Origin: Myxococcota bacterium
Lineage (GTDB): Bacteria; Myxococcota_A; UBA796; CAJQPC01
DNA: 64,000 nucleotides
Assembly (NCBI GenBank): GCA_036229005.1
Contig: JAZAMN010000011.1
Location: 191,283-255,282 of the forward strand
Direction of reading: 5' to 3'
Every line of letters starts with the position of its first letter. Positions within the stretch are counted from its first letter, which is position 1. The notes below the pieces were generated by a model. The model ran no database searches. It was not told the origin of the DNA and saw only the letters and a program-made list of their open reading frames with translations. A program made the translations under genes and the position numbers. Positions 41,573 to 51,679 of the stretch are shown here, piece by piece.

Positions 41573-43026
41573 GGTGCACCTTCCGTACCGGCGCCCATCG
41601 ACAGGGCCTTCGCGGCGATCAAGCGGTCATCAAAGGGGTGCTTCACACCCTGGATCTCCTGGGTGGTCTCGTGGCCCTTGCCAGCGATCAACACCAGGTC
41701 CCCCGGCTGCGCGAGCTGCACGGCCCGCGCGATGGCCTCGGCCCGGTCCACGATGACCAGGTCGCTGTCCCGCAGGCCGGGCTTCATCTGCGCCAGGATG
41801 TCCATCGGGTCCTCGGAGCGGGGGTTGTCCGAGGTGGCGAGCACGAGGTCGCTCCCCTGGGCGGCCGCGCGGGCCATCAGGGGGCGCTTGGCCCGATCCC
41901 GGTCCCCACCGCAGCCCACAACGCAGAGCACCCGGCGTGCGCCGAGCTCCCGCAGGGCCGCCAGGGTGGTGTCGAGGGCATCGGGGGTGTGGGCGTAGTC
42001 AACCAGCACCGAGATCCCGCGCTCGTTGGGGACCGGCTCCAGGCGCCCGGGGACCCGGGGGAGTGCGGCCAAGCCACGTGCGCACTGCTCGGGCGTTGCC
42101 CCCAGGGCGATCGCAGCGCCGGTCGCGGCGAGGGCGTTCTCCAGGTTGAAGCGCCCCACCAGCGGCAGCTCCAGGTCGAAGGCGCCGGCCGGGGTCTGGA
42201 CCTTGGCGCGGGTGCCGGTCGGGCTGAGGGTGACCTCGCTGGCGGAGAGATCTCCCTGCTCGATGCCGTAGCGCCAGCTACGGCCGCGGGAGTCCACAGC
42301 CCGGGCGGTGGGGTCGGATGCGCAGAGCACCGCGGTTCCCTCCTCTGCCAGCAGCTCGGTGAACAGGCGCTCCTTGGCCTGGGCGTAGGTGGCCATGTCG
42401 CCGTGGACGTCCAGGTGGTCCTGGGAGAGGTTCGTGTAGACGCCGACGGCGAACCGGGTCGCGTCCACGCGCTTGTAGGCGAGCCCGATGGAGCTGACCT
42501 CGGCGGCGACCCAGCGACACCCGGCGTCGCGCATGCGGGCCAGGAGGGCCTGCCACTCGGGGGCGAGCGGGGTGGTGTAGGCGGCGGGAGCCGGGGTGCC
42601 TGCGATGCGGTTGCCGGTGGTGCCGATGACCCCGATGCGCACGCCCGCGGCCTGGGCGATGGACTCCAGCATCCAGGTCACGGTGGTCTTGCCGTTGGTG
42701 CCGGTCACGCCGATGACGCTCACCGCCTCGCTGGGGTGGCCCTGGAGCGCGGCGGCCATCTCGGCCAAGGCGAGGTGCGTGTCGGCGACCTGGATGAGGG
42801 TGGTACCTGGGGGCGCCTGGCAGGGCTCGGACACGATGGCGGCGACGGTGCCGGGGGCCAGCTTGGGCACGTAGTCGTGACCATCCACCCGCAGTCCACG
42901 CAGGGCGACAAAGACCGCGCCGGGGCCCGCCTTGCGGGAGTCCTGGGTCAGGGTCTGGACGGGGCGGTCGACGGAACCGGTGAGGATTCGGTGGTCCACC
43001 CGCAGCAGGAGCTGGGCGAGGGTCAT
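41569..43026 (-). CDS. murE: UDP-MurNAc-dipeptide--diaminopimelate ligase
   Basis: GTNGKTT, VDYAHTPD, DNPR (meso-DAP specificity) and AGKGHE motifs. Confidence 0.96.
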   Translation of the reverse strand: MTLAQLLLRVDHRILTGSVDRPVQTLTQDSRKAGPGAVFVALRGLRVDGHDYVPKLAPGTVAAIVSEPCQAPPGTTLIQVADTHLALAEMAAALQGHPSEAVSVIGVTGTNGKTTVTWMLESIAQAAGVRIGVIGTTGNRIAGTPAPAAYTTPLAPEWQALLARMRDAGCRWVAAEVSSIGLAYKRVDATRFAVGVYTNLSQDHLDVHGDMATYAQAKERLFTELLAEEGTAVLCASDPTARAVDSRGRSWRYGIEQGDLSASEVTLSPTGTRAKVQTPAGAFDLELPLVGRFNLENALAATGAAIALGATPEQCARGLAALPRVPGRLEPVPNERGISVLVDYAHTPDALDTTLAALRELGARRVLCVVGCGGDRDRAKRPLMARAAAQGSDLVLATSDNPRSEDPMDILAQMKPGLRDSDLVIVDRAEAIARAVQLAQPGDLVLIAGKGHETTQEIQGVKHPFDDRLIAAKALSMGAGTEGAP

Positions 43027-43698
43027 CGGGAGGACGGTGGCGGGGGGCTGGCGGGAGAGATGGAGGGGACGTTGCAAAGGGAAAGAGGCCCCCCTCGAGT
43101 CAAAGAAAACTCAGGGAGTCACGCGGGATTGGAAGGTGCGAACTACGCTGCCCGAGGGGGGCCACCGAACCCTTGCTCGACCTTCTCTTCGCGGCGGGGC
43201 GTTGGACTCCATCCACTCCCACCAGGTGCGCCGGGGTTGCAGCAGCAAGGCCAGCAAGAGGCGGCATCAACGGGGAGGAACGGGGCGGGCTGGGCGTTTC
43301 TTCTCGGGATGGAGGGCGCGCCAGGACAGGCGGGCAGGACTCCGGGGGGGATGGGACCCGAGGGTTCGCTCAGGGGGTCGCTCCGTGCCCCCGACGCACC
43401 GAGGCGGGCGGGGAGATGGAGCCAGGCGTCCAGGACTGGGGGCGGGCGGAGCGCACGCGGGATTCAGCAAGCGGGGTCAGCGTCGACATCAGCATCAGCA
43501 AGGGTTGCGAACCGTGGGGGGTTCGCGCAGCGGGCAGCGACAGCGACCTGTGCAGGCTGGAGACCCGATGGGGGACCGGGCCTTCCGGCCGCGTCGGCGC
43601 GAGGATGCGCGGGCGCTGCACAGGAAGGCGCTCGGCCCACCCCCAGGGCTCTGGGGCCAGGCGAAAAGAGGTCAGAAAACGTCAAAGAACAAAGAAGA

Positions 43699-45723
43699 TC
43701 AGTCGAAGACCAACTCGATGCGTTGGCCGGTGTGCAGGTCGCTGCCTGCACCGGGGCGCTGGTCGATGACGCGCCCGGAGCCCTGCACGGAGAGCTCCAG
43801 CCCGGAGCCGTCGAGGGCAGCCAGGGCGTCACGCATGGAGAGACCAGCCAGGTCGGGCACGCGCAAGGTGCCCTCGGGGGTCCACGCCAGCTCTGCGACC
43901 ACCAAAGGGGGCAGATCCTGGGGGGTGGGGTCGTCGGGGGAGTCGGCCTGCAGAGCCTCGTCCTCTTCGACGCGGTCCTCGGGGACGCCCAGGTAGCGGA
44001 GGCTGCGCTGAGCGATCAGGGAGAACGCGGGCCCCGCCACGGTGCCACCGTAGCGGCTGCCCTTGCTCGGGGTGTCCACCATCACGACGATCGCCAGGCG
44101 CGGGTCATTGGCCGGAGCCACGCCCATGAACGAGGCCACGCGGGCGGTGGGGCTGTAGCGGCCGTCGACCACCTTCTGGCCCGTGCCGGTCTTGCCCGCG
44201 GCGGTGTAGCCGGGGACGCGGGCGCGGGTGCCCGTTCCGCCCTCTTCCAGGACGGTGGACATCATCTGGATGGTCTGCCTGGCGACCTTCTCGGAGACCG
44301 GGCGGCCGATGCCCTCGGGCTTGTTCCGCAGCTTGATCTGGCCGTAGCGGTCGCGGACCTCGGCGACGATGTAGGGCTGCATGCGCACCCCGTCGTTCGC
44401 GAGGGCCTGCAGCGCGGAGGCGACCTGGAGGGCGGAGGCCTGCATGCCCTGGCCAAAGGCCGTGGTGGCGAGCTCGATCGGCTTGATCTTGTCCGGGCTG
44501 CGGATGAAGCCGCGGGTCTCGCCGGGCAGGTCCACACCGGTCCGGGACTGGAACCCAAAGCGCTGGAGCCCCTCGATGGTGCGCTCGGCGCCCAAGGAGA
44601 AGGCCATCTTGGCGGTGCCGATGTTGGAGCTGTACTTGAGGACCTCGCTGACCGTCACCACGTCGTGGGGGTGGTCATCGCGGATGGGCTTGCGGCTGCG
44701 ACCGAAGCGGTGCGCGCCCCCCTCACAGTCCACGAGCGTGTCGGGGGTGTAGAGCCCCTCCTCCAGCGCCAGCGCGATCACGAAGGGCTTCATGATGGAG
44801 CCCGGCTCGTGGGCGTCCGCGATGCCGTGGTTGCGCAGGTGGGAGATGTCCCGGCCGCGGCGGTCGTTGGGGTTGGTGTGGGGGCGGTTGGCCAGCGCCA
44901 GGATCTCGCCGGTCTGCACGTCCAGGACGACAGCGGTCGCGGAGAGCGGCTCGGAGGCCTCGACGACCTGGTCCAGGGCCTCTTCCGCAGCGCGCTGGAT
45001 GACGGGGTCCAGGGTCAGGGTGACCTGTCCGCCGGCCTTGGCCCGGCTCCGCGCCTCGTACTCCGTGGAGATCACGCGGCCGTCGGCGTCCCGCTCTTCG
45101 ATGTACCGGAAGGTGGACCCGCGCAGGTAGGGGTCCAACTGGCGCTCCACGCCCTCGACGCCGCGGCCGTTGTAGCCGACCACGCCCAGGATCTGCACCG
45201 CGCTCTCCCGGCTCGGGTAGTAGCGGGTGGGCTGGCTGCGGGTGAACAGCACGCGGCCGGGGTCCAGCGCCTCGATGGCCTCCAGGCGGTCGGGGGGGAC
45301 CTCGTTGGCCAGCAGTACGTCGCGCCGGCTGTGCTGGGACAGGCGCTTGATCAGGTTGCCGGCGTCCTTGTCCAGCAGCGGCGCCAAGGCACGAGCCAGC
45401 GGCTCGACGTCCTCGGGGTCCAGCATCTTGGGGTCTGCGTGGACGCTGGGCATCATCACCGTGGTGGCGAGCACGGAGCCGTCGCGCGCCAGGATGTCTC
45501 CGCGGGGGGCCTCCACCTCTACCGAGCGCTGGAACTGCAGCGCGGCCTGGGCCTCCAGGCGGCTGTCCTCCATCAGCATCAGCGGCGTCGCGCGCACGGA
45601 GAGCACCATGAGCCCAAGCCCGACCAGCGCGGTCACGAGCGTAGACCGGTAGCGGGCCCGGTCCAGGACCAGGCCAGCGTCCTGCACGCTGTTCTCCGGG
45701 GGCTTGGCGGGGGCGCGGCTCAC
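43699..45723 (-). CDS. ftsI: Class B penicillin-binding protein FtsI with C-terminal PASTA domain
   Basis: RGDIL.RDG, EPGSIMK (SxxK), SSN, KTGT and VPDLAGLS motifs. Confidence 0.93.
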   Translation of the reverse strand: MSRAPAKPPENSVQDAGLVLDRARYRSTLVTALVGLGLMVLSVRATPLMLMEDSRLEAQAALQFQRSVEVEAPRGDILARDGSVLATTVMMPSVHADPKMLDPEDVEPLARALAPLLDKDAGNLIKRLSQHSRRDVLLANEVPPDRLEAIEALDPGRVLFTRSQPTRYYPSRESAVQILGVVGYNGRGVEGVERQLDPYLRGSTFRYIEERDADGRVISTEYEARSRAKAGGQVTLTLDPVIQRAAEEALDQVVEASEPLSATAVVLDVQTGEILALANRPHTNPNDRRGRDISHLRNHGIADAHEPGSIMKPFVIALALEEGLYTPDTLVDCEGGAHRFGRSRKPIRDDHPHDVVTVSEVLKYSSNIGTAKMAFSLGAERTIEGLQRFGFQSRTGVDLPGETRGFIRSPDKIKPIELATTAFGQGMQASALQVASALQALANDGVRMQPYIVAEVRDRYGQIKLRNKPEGIGRPVSEKVARQTIQMMSTVLEEGGTGTRARVPGYTAAGKTGTGQKVVDGRYSPTARVASFMGVAPANDPRLAIVVMVDTPSKGSRYGGTVAGPAFSLIAQRSLRYLGVPEDRVEEDEALQADSPDDPTPQDLPPLVVAELAWTPEGTLRVPDLAGLSMRDALAALDGSGLELSVQGSGRVIDQRPGAGSDLHTGQRIELVFD

Positions 45724-46052
45724 TTGACCTGGACCTCCACCACCTGGACACCCTCGGCCGACAGCTCAAGCTCAGCGCTGAGTGCCTCGACGTGCGCGAG
45801 ATCCCGCCGGGAAGCCAGCTCCAGCCGGAGCTGATCCTGCTCGGTCAGCAGAGCCTGGTACCCACTCTGGGCAGACTCCAGGTCCGCAGCGGCCGTCCTC
45901 ACGTCCACCCGCGACCACACATAGAACATCAGCGCCGAGACCAGCAGGCCGGTGTAGATCAAGAACCCGAGCACGCCGCTGAGCTCCAAGCCAACGAACG
46001 GACGGGTGGGGTACGCGGCCCATGCACCACGAGCGGGGCGGCTCTGATCCAT
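45720..46052 (-). CDS. ftsL: Cell division protein FtsL-like
   Basis: TM plus coiled coil (LRLELAS); between rsmH and ftsI. Confidence 0.75.
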   Translation of the reverse strand: MDQSRPARGAWAAYPTRPFVGLELSGVLGFLIYTGLLVSALMFYVWSRVDVRTAAADLESAQSGYQALLTEQDQLRLELASRRDLAHVEALSAELELSAEGVQVVEVQVK

Positions 46053-46151
46053 CGATGTCCTCTTCAGCGGAGCGGGGGGTTGGGGGGAGTCAGCGGGGGG
46101 CGTGCTGGGGGCCAGCGACAGCGGCAGCGGGAGTGCAGCAGGAGGGGGTGC

Positions 46152-47042
46152 TCAGGTGCGCTCGATGGCGCGGAGGCGGGCAGAGCGGGCCCGCGGGTTG
46201 CCGTCGGAGGCCTTGACAGCCTTCCGGGTCAGCAGACGGACCTCCGCGGGACGCGTGGGGTTCCCGAAGGGGTCCTTGGGGGCATCCAGAGCCGCCAGGT
46301 GCCGGAAGCGGAGCTTGACCGGCCGGTCCTCGAGGCTGTGGAAGGAGATGATGGCGGCGCGCCCACCGACCTTGAGCAGGCCAGGGAGCAGGTGCAGCAG
46401 GGTCTCCAGCTCACCGAGCTCGTCGTTGACGACGATGCGGAGGGCCTGGAAGCTGCGGGTCGCGGGGTGGATGCGACCGGGCTTGCCGGGGGAGGCCTTG
46501 GCGATGACCTCGGCCAGCTCCCCGGTGGTGGAGAGTGGGAGGGCTGCCTTGATGGCCCGGGCGATGCGCCGGCTGTTGCGCTCCTCGCCGTAGCGGTAGA
46601 GGGCGTCCGCGAGCTCGGTCTCATCGACCTGCTCCAGGTACTCGGCGGCGGTCATGCCGTCCTGGGACATGCGCATGTCCAGGGGCCCGTCCTTTGAGAA
46701 GGAGAAGCCACGGCCCGCCTGGTCGAGCTGGGGGCTGCTCACCCCCAGGTCCGCCAGGACGCCATCCACCTGGGGAATCCCCAGCTCGACGAGGACATCC
46801 TGGATCCCCGAGAACGAGGTCTGCACAGCCGTGAAGCGGTCCCCGTAGGACTCCAGCCGGGCGCTCGCCGCGGCGATGGCGGCGGGATCCCGATCCAGCC
46901 CGATGACCCGGCAGCCGGCATCCAGCAGGGCCTGGCTGTGTCCCCCACCCCCAAGGGTGCAGTCCACCACCAGCTTGCCCGGCGCCGGAGCGAGCAGAGA
47001 GACAGCCTCGTCCCGCAGGACGGTCCAGTGCTCGAAGGACAT
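46152..47042 (-). CDS. rsmH: 16S rRNA C1402 N4-methyltransferase
   Basis: [35 protein letters not shown] and NPRARSA motifs. Confidence 0.96.
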   Translation of the reverse strand: MSFEHWTVLRDEAVSLLAPAPGKLVVDCTLGGGGHSQALLDAGCRVIGLDRDPAAIAAASARLESYGDRFTAVQTSFSGIQDVLVELGIPQVDGVLADLGVSSPQLDQAGRGFSFSKDGPLDMRMSQDGMTAAEYLEQVDETELADALYRYGEERNSRRIARAIKAALPLSTTGELAEVIAKASPGKPGRIHPATRSFQALRIVVNDELGELETLLHLLPGLLKVGGRAAIISFHSLEDRPVKLRFRHLAALDAPKDPFGNPTRPAEVRLLTRKAVKASDGNPRARSARLRAIERT

Positions 47043-47043
47043 G

Positions 47044-47499
47044 TCAGCCCCCCTGCTGTGCTTGCTTTCGCTCTTCGCGACGGCGCCGGTAGTCCTCGCG
47101 CGCCTTGGCCTGGACCGCAGCGAAGTTGCTGGGGTTCCAGAGCTCCACCCACCGCAGCATCGAGAGGACCTTGACTTCCTTGATGAGGCCAGCCTGCTCA
47201 CGCAGTCGGGTCGGGACGCGGATGCGCCCCTGGCCGTCGATGCGGCAGGACTCTGCGTCGGCGAGCACTGTGTAGAAGTAGGCCTGTGCGTCGGGGTCGA
47301 AGGGATCCGCGTCGGCGTAGGGGCCCTCGATGCGCGTAGCGAAGTCCTCGGGCGTGAACGCCCGGACGCCGCCGTCAACGCAAGTGAGGACCAGTTCATC
47401 AATGCCCGCTTCCTGGAGTTGGGTTCGCAGCCGGGCGGGCAATGCAAGTCGGCCCTTGTTGTCGAGCGAAGACGTGAGCTGGAAGCGTTCACCGAGCAT
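47044..47499 (-). CDS. mraZ: Transcriptional regulator MraZ
   Basis: Duplicated D.KGR/D.QGR motifs, VELW; first gene of the dcw cluster. Confidence 0.9.
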   Translation of the reverse strand: MLGERFQLTSSLDNKGRLALPARLRTQLQEAGIDELVLTCVDGGVRAFTPEDFATRIEGPYADADPFDPDAQAYFYTVLADAESCRIDGQGRIRVPTRLREQAGLIKEVKVLSMLRWVELWNPSNFAAVQAKAREDYRRRREERKQAQQGG

Positions 47500-47525
47500 C
47501 GTTCGAGGGAGGTCGCCTTGGTTTC

Positions 47526-47591
47526 ACCCACCTTGTACCACTGTTCCCCACCTTAAACCACTCTGTCCCACATGCAAGAGAAAGTGCCCAC
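47526..47591 (-). promoter_or_regulatory. MraZ-binding boxes upstream of mraZ
   Basis: CCAC (GTGG on the minus strand) at 47528, 47538, 47548, 47558, 47568 and 47588, on a 10-bp phase. Confidence 0.75.
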
Positions 47592-47760
47592 TTCGCGCAG
47601 TGAATCCGAAGCTGACCTCTATCTAACTGAAATCACGTATCTTCACCCGATCGCATATGCCCCCGTTTTTGCCCTTCTCCCTGGCTTGTAGGGCGATCCC
47701 CACGCCTGCCTGTGCGCAAGCCCCTTGCCCTCGGCGCTCGCGGTGCTATTCAAGGGGGCC

Positions 47761-48237
47761 ATGGCCAAGAAGAAGAAGAGTCCAAAGGACGACCGCCGCT
47801 TCGTCGCGCGGAACAAGCGTGCCCGCCACGACTACGAGATCCTGGAGACCTTCGAGGCCGGGCTGGAGCTGCGTGGCAGCGAGGTCAAGACCCTCCGAGG
47901 CGGCAAGGGCACCATCGCGGAGGCCCACATCCGCCTGGTCGACGGCGAGGCTTGGCTGCTCAACGCCAACGTCCCCGAGTACCCCCAGGCCAGCTACAAC
48001 AACCACGAGCCCTCCCGAAAGCGCCGCTTGCTCCTCAAGAAGACGGAGCTGCGCAGGCTGCAGCGGGCGAGCACCGAGAAGGGCCTCGCCATCGTCCCGC
48101 TGGCCCTGTACTTCAAGGGCTCGTGGATCAAGCTCGAGCTCGCCCTGGGCCGCGGCAAGAAGCTCTTCGACAAGCGCGAGACGCTCAAGCAGAAGCAGAC
48201 CAAGCGCGAGACCGACCGGATGCTCAAGAACTACTGA
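47761..48237 (+). CDS. smpB: SsrA-binding protein
   Basis: NKRARHDY, EAGLEL.GSEVK, NHEP.R.R.LLL and GKKLFDKRE motifs. Confidence 0.96.
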   Translation: MAKKKKSPKDDRRFVARNKRARHDYEILETFEAGLELRGSEVKTLRGGKGTIAEAHIRLVDGEAWLLNANVPEYPQASYNNHEPSRKRRLLLKKTELRRLQRASTEKGLAIVPLALYFKGSWIKLELALGRGKKLFDKRETLKQKQTKRETDRMLKNY

Positions 48238-48239
48238 GC

Positions 48240-48354
48240 GCGGTGGGAGAGAGTGGGAGACCCGATGGGGCTCCGTCCTGCGGTGGGAGAGAGTGGGAGA
48301 CCGGGAGCAGGGTGGGAGGGAGTGGGAGGCCCCCACAGGTGGGAGAGTGTGGGA
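48240..48354 (+). repeat. Four GTGGGA-N4-GTGGGA dyads
   Basis: Dyads at 48243, 48283, 48312 and 48339; 23-bp exact repeat at 48240 and 48280. Confidence 0.85.
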
Positions 48355-48402
48355 CGAGCCCACCACTCGCCGGAGCGGTGCTGCTGAGATAGACACTGGG
48401 CC

Positions 48403-49743
48403 GTGAAGAAGCCCATCGCAATCGCTCTGTTGGCCCTCGCTGTCCTCGCTGGCGGCGGCGCGGCTGTCCTCGCCGGGAGTGACCCCGGCACCGCCCTCTT
48501 CGCCGGCATCGCGGCCATGTGGTTGGCCAGCGCAGCGGCGACCGCCTGGAAGCCCCTCGCCGGCACCACCCTGGCGGGTGTCCTGGGGGCGGGCGTGTCC
48601 GCCTATCTGGTGCAGCAGCATCACCTGGCGATGGCGGGAGCGAGCGAGAGCGTCTGCAACATCGACGCGACCTTCAACTGCGATGCCGTGAACACCTCCG
48701 AGTTCAGCGAGATCGCCGGCATCCCCGTGGCCCTCTTCGGGGCCGCCTTCTACGCCGCCGCCGCGCTGATCGCGACCCTCTCCTGGCAGAAGGTCCGCGG
48801 CTTCCACAACGCCCCGCTCATCCTGGTGGGTGGCGGTGGGGCAGCCGTCCTCGCGGCCATCGGTCTGGCCATCGCCAGCTCGACCCTGGGGGCCTGGTGC
48901 GTGCTGTGCATCAGCACCTACGGCCTCTCCACGATCCTCTTGGTCTCCGCCGTCCTGGCGTGGCGCGCCCCCGATGACGCGGTCACCAAGGACGACCCGG
49001 GCAAGGACCGCAGCGGCATCGTCGCCGTGGCCACCGGCGCCCTCTTCCTGGGCCTGGGCGTCATGGGCTCCAGCGCCGAGACCGCCATCCCCGGCACCGA
49101 CCCCGGCGACCAGGATGCCGGCATCGAGCAGCTCTACACCCAGGTCCCTGGGAGCATCGTCCTCACCGGCAAGGAGCCCTGCTGGGGCAGCCCCGATGCG
49201 CCCTACACCCTGGTCGAGTTCGCCGACTTCGAGTGCCCCCACTGCGGACTCAGCTTCCCCGAGCTGCAGCCCCTGGTCGCCGCCAACCCCGACCTGCGCG
49301 TCTGCTTCAAGAACTACCCCCTCTCTCCCGAGTGCAACCCCAACGTCGGCCGCAACATGCACCCCATGGCCTGCATGGCAGCCGCCGCGTCCCTGTGCGC
49401 CCAGGACCAGGGCCGCTTCTGGGAGCTCGCTGGTCAGATGATGGCCAACCAGAGCACCCTGGCCCCCAACGACATCCTCTTCATGGCCGGCCAGCAAGGC
49501 CTGGACACTGACGCGCTCTACGCCTGCATGAGCCAGGAGTCCACCATGGAGCGCGTGGCCGCCGACGTCCAGGCCGGCACCACCGCCGGACTCTGGGCCA
49601 CACCCACCCTCTTCCTCAAGGGCGTCCACCCCACCGAGGAGTGGATCCAGGTGGAGTACGGCACCGAAGGTGTCGCCATCCTCCTCGCCGCCAAGCGCGA
49701 GGGCACCGAGCTCCCCCCCGCACGCCCCCCCGAGGTTCCCTGA
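48403..49743 (+). CDS. VKOR-DsbA (thioredoxin) fusion protein
   Basis: VKOR C.....NCDAV..SEFS...GIP and WCVLC; DsbA-like FADFECPHC and TPT. Confidence 0.85.
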   Translation: MKKPIAIALLALAVLAGGGAAVLAGSDPGTALFAGIAAMWLASAAATAWKPLAGTTLAGVLGAGVSAYLVQQHHLAMAGASESVCNIDATFNCDAVNTSEFSEIAGIPVALFGAAFYAAAALIATLSWQKVRGFHNAPLILVGGGGAAVLAAIGLAIASSTLGAWCVLCISTYGLSTILLVSAVLAWRAPDDAVTKDDPGKDRSGIVAVATGALFLGLGVMGSSAETAIPGTDPGDQDAGIEQLYTQVPGSIVLTGKEPCWGSPDAPYTLVEFADFECPHCGLSFPELQPLVAANPDLRVCFKNYPLSPECNPNVGRNMHPMACMAAAASLCAQDQGRFWELAGQMMANQSTLAPNDILFMAGQQGLDTDALYACMSQESTMERVAADVQAGTTAGLWATPTLFLKGVHPTEEWIQVEYGTEGVAILLAAKREGTELPPARPPEVP

Positions 49744-50595
49744 ATGTCCGAGTGGATCGAGCTGCGGGTGGTCGTCGCCCGCACCCACGTTGACCGCCTG
49801 ACGGCCCTCGCCATGTCCCTTGGTGCCACCGGAACCGAAGAGGCCGCCGCCCCCGGCGCGCCGCTGCAGTTCAAGCAGCCCTGGGACGAGAAGGCCCCTC
49901 CCCTCCCCCTTCTCTGCCGCTTCAAGGCCTGGTTCGAGCCCCAGGACGCCGACCGCGCCGCCCAAGCCCTGGGCGAGGCCACCCAACAGGAGGTCGAGCG
50001 CCTGGAGGTCCGCGACGAAGACTGGGCCGAGTCCTGGAAGCGCCACCACCACCGCATCGCCATCAGCGAGCGCCTGCGCGTCTCCCCTCCCTGGGAGGCC
50101 GTCCCCGGCGACCTGATCATCCCCCCCGGCAACGCCTTCGGGACCGGTGACCACCCCACCACCCAGGCCTGCCTCGCTGGGATCGATCTCCTGGCCGGCG
50201 AGTGCCGGACCTGCCTGGATGTCGGCTGCGGCTCCGGCGTGCTCGCCCTCGCGGCCACCCAGCTCGGACTCCGCTCGGAGGGCATCGACATCGAGGCTGA
50301 CTCGGTGCGCGCCAGCCAGGAGAACGCGGCCCTCAACGGCCTCGAGGCCTCCTTCTCCAGCGCCACCCTCGACCAGCTCCAGGGTCCCTACGATCTGGTC
50401 GTAGCCAACCTCTTCGCCGAGGTCCTGGTCCAGATGGCCCCCGAGCTCATCCGCCTCACCGGCAAGCACCTGGTGCTGGCTGGGATCCTCGCCGACCGCG
50501 CCGACATGGTGATCGCCGCGCTGTCCCCGCCCCTGGCTGTGCGCCAGCGCATCCAGGAAGGGGAGTGGGTCAGCCTGCAGCTCCAGGTCCTCTGA
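49744..50595 (+). CDS. prmA: Ribosomal protein L11 methyltransferase
   Basis: DWAESWK, PG.AFGTGDHPTT, LDVGCGSGVL and VVANL motifs. Confidence 0.92.
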   Translation: MSEWIELRVVVARTHVDRLTALAMSLGATGTEEAAAPGAPLQFKQPWDEKAPPLPLLCRFKAWFEPQDADRAAQALGEATQQEVERLEVRDEDWAESWKRHHHRIAISERLRVSPPWEAVPGDLIIPPGNAFGTGDHPTTQACLAGIDLLAGECRTCLDVGCGSGVLALAATQLGLRSEGIDIEADSVRASQENAALNGLEASFSSATLDQLQGPYDLVVANLFAEVLVQMAPELIRLTGKHLVLAGILADRADMVIAALSPPLAVRQRIQEGEWVSLQLQVL

Positions 50596-51276
50596 GTGCG
50601 GCGCTTCCCCTCGGACACCCTGCCCTCGCCTCACGAACAGCTACTCCTTGAGCCCGAGGTCTCCCACCACGTCCTGAGGGTGACCCTGCTCCCCCGCGGG
50701 TCCCAGCTCGTCCTCTTCGACGGCCAGGGCCAGAGCTGTGTGGTCGAGCTCATCGGCGCCGAGGACGGCCAGGCTCTGGTCCAAGGACTCGAGCCCATCG
50801 TCCAGAGTCCCCCCGAGCCGGAGATCCACCTCATCCTCGGGTTGCCCCGCAAGCCCGCTCTGGAGCGCATTCTGCGCATGGCCACCGAGCTGGGCATGAC
50901 GGACTTCCACCCCTTCATCGCGCGGCGCTCCGTCGCCAAGGGGGACAAGGTGGACCGCTGGATGAAGCTGGTGGAGCAAGCGGCTCGGCAGTCGGGCCGA
51001 GATGCCGTCCCCACCCTCCACCCTCTGCGGCCCCTGCAAGCCCACATCGATCAGCTCCCCAGCGAGGACATGCTGAAGCTGGTCCTCCAGCCCGGCGCCC
51101 CCACGGAGCGGCCCGCCCCCCAGTCCCTGGCGCTTCTCATCGGCCCGGAGGGCGGCCTGGATCCCAGCGAGCTTGACCTCGCCGGCGCAAAAGGCTTCTC
51201 CCCCATGGGGCTGGGTCGGAACGTGCTGCGGAGCGACACGGCAGCCTTGGCCGCCCTGGCCCGCCTCTCCTTCTGA
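50596..51276 (+). CDS. rsmE: 16S rRNA m3U1498 methyltransferase
   Basis: HHVLRV, ATELG, IGPEGG and LG.NVLRSDTA motifs. Confidence 0.9.
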   Translation: MRRFPSDTLPSPHEQLLLEPEVSHHVLRVTLLPRGSQLVLFDGQGQSCVVELIGAEDGQALVQGLEPIVQSPPEPEIHLILGLPRKPALERILRMATELGMTDFHPFIARRSVAKGDKVDRWMKLVEQAARQSGRDAVPTLHPLRPLQAHIDQLPSEDMLKLVLQPGAPTERPAPQSLALLIGPEGGLDPSELDLAGAKGFSPMGLGRNVLRSDTAALAALARLSF

Positions 51277-51283
51277 GCCTGAC

Positions 51284-51679
51284 TCAGGGCGCCTGGATGC
51301 GCAGCTCGACCTCCAGGCTCTGGCTCCCGATGATGTCGTCCTGCGTCGCGTCGAACGCTCCGGCGCGGAAGCTCGCGGCCCCGGGGTTGGCCTTCTTGTA
51401 GGTCCCAGCAGCCGGGTCGAAGGGGATCTCGGAGGGGTTGTAGGTCACATACGCCGCCCGCCCGGGATCCAGGTAGGTGTCCCCATGCAACAGGACCTCT
51501 CGCGCGCGGAGGTTGGCGTTCTGGGCAGCCCAGGTCACCTGCCAGAGGTGGACCATCGCCATCAGGACGACCATCACGCCGAACACCAGCAGCATGGTCT
51601 CGACGGCAGACTGGCCCTCACGGTGCGTGGTGCACCGCTTGAACCGCTCAGTGACGGAGCTGGGCAGCAGCGCTGGCAT
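51284..51679 (-). CDS. TadE-like pseudopilin
   Basis: REGQSAVE prepilin motif followed by a hydrophobic helix. Start uncertain. Confidence 0.65.
   Translation of the reverse strand: MPALLPSSVTERFKRCTTHREGQSAVETMLLVFGVMVVLMAMVHLWQVTWAAQNANLRAREVLLHGDTYLDPGRAAYVTYNPSEIPFDPAAGTYKKANPGAASFRAGAFDATQDDIIGSQSLEVELRIQAP

Noticed and set aside
43027..43698. RNase P RNA or SRP RNA in the ftsI-murE gap
   Set aside because: No GAGGAAAGUCC or CAGGUCCGGAAGGAAGCAG signature on either strand.
41638..45834. 1398-aa plus-strand ORF, and similar long ORFs at 8576-11395, 15214-17787, 47746-50634, 53227-56103 and 2802-5036
   Set aside because: Antisense shadows of well-supported genes in high-GC DNA, with no recognisable motifs.
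47500..48402. tmRNA adjacent to smpB
   Set aside because: No tRNA-Ala-like ends or T-arm/CCA visible, and the gaps are too short.
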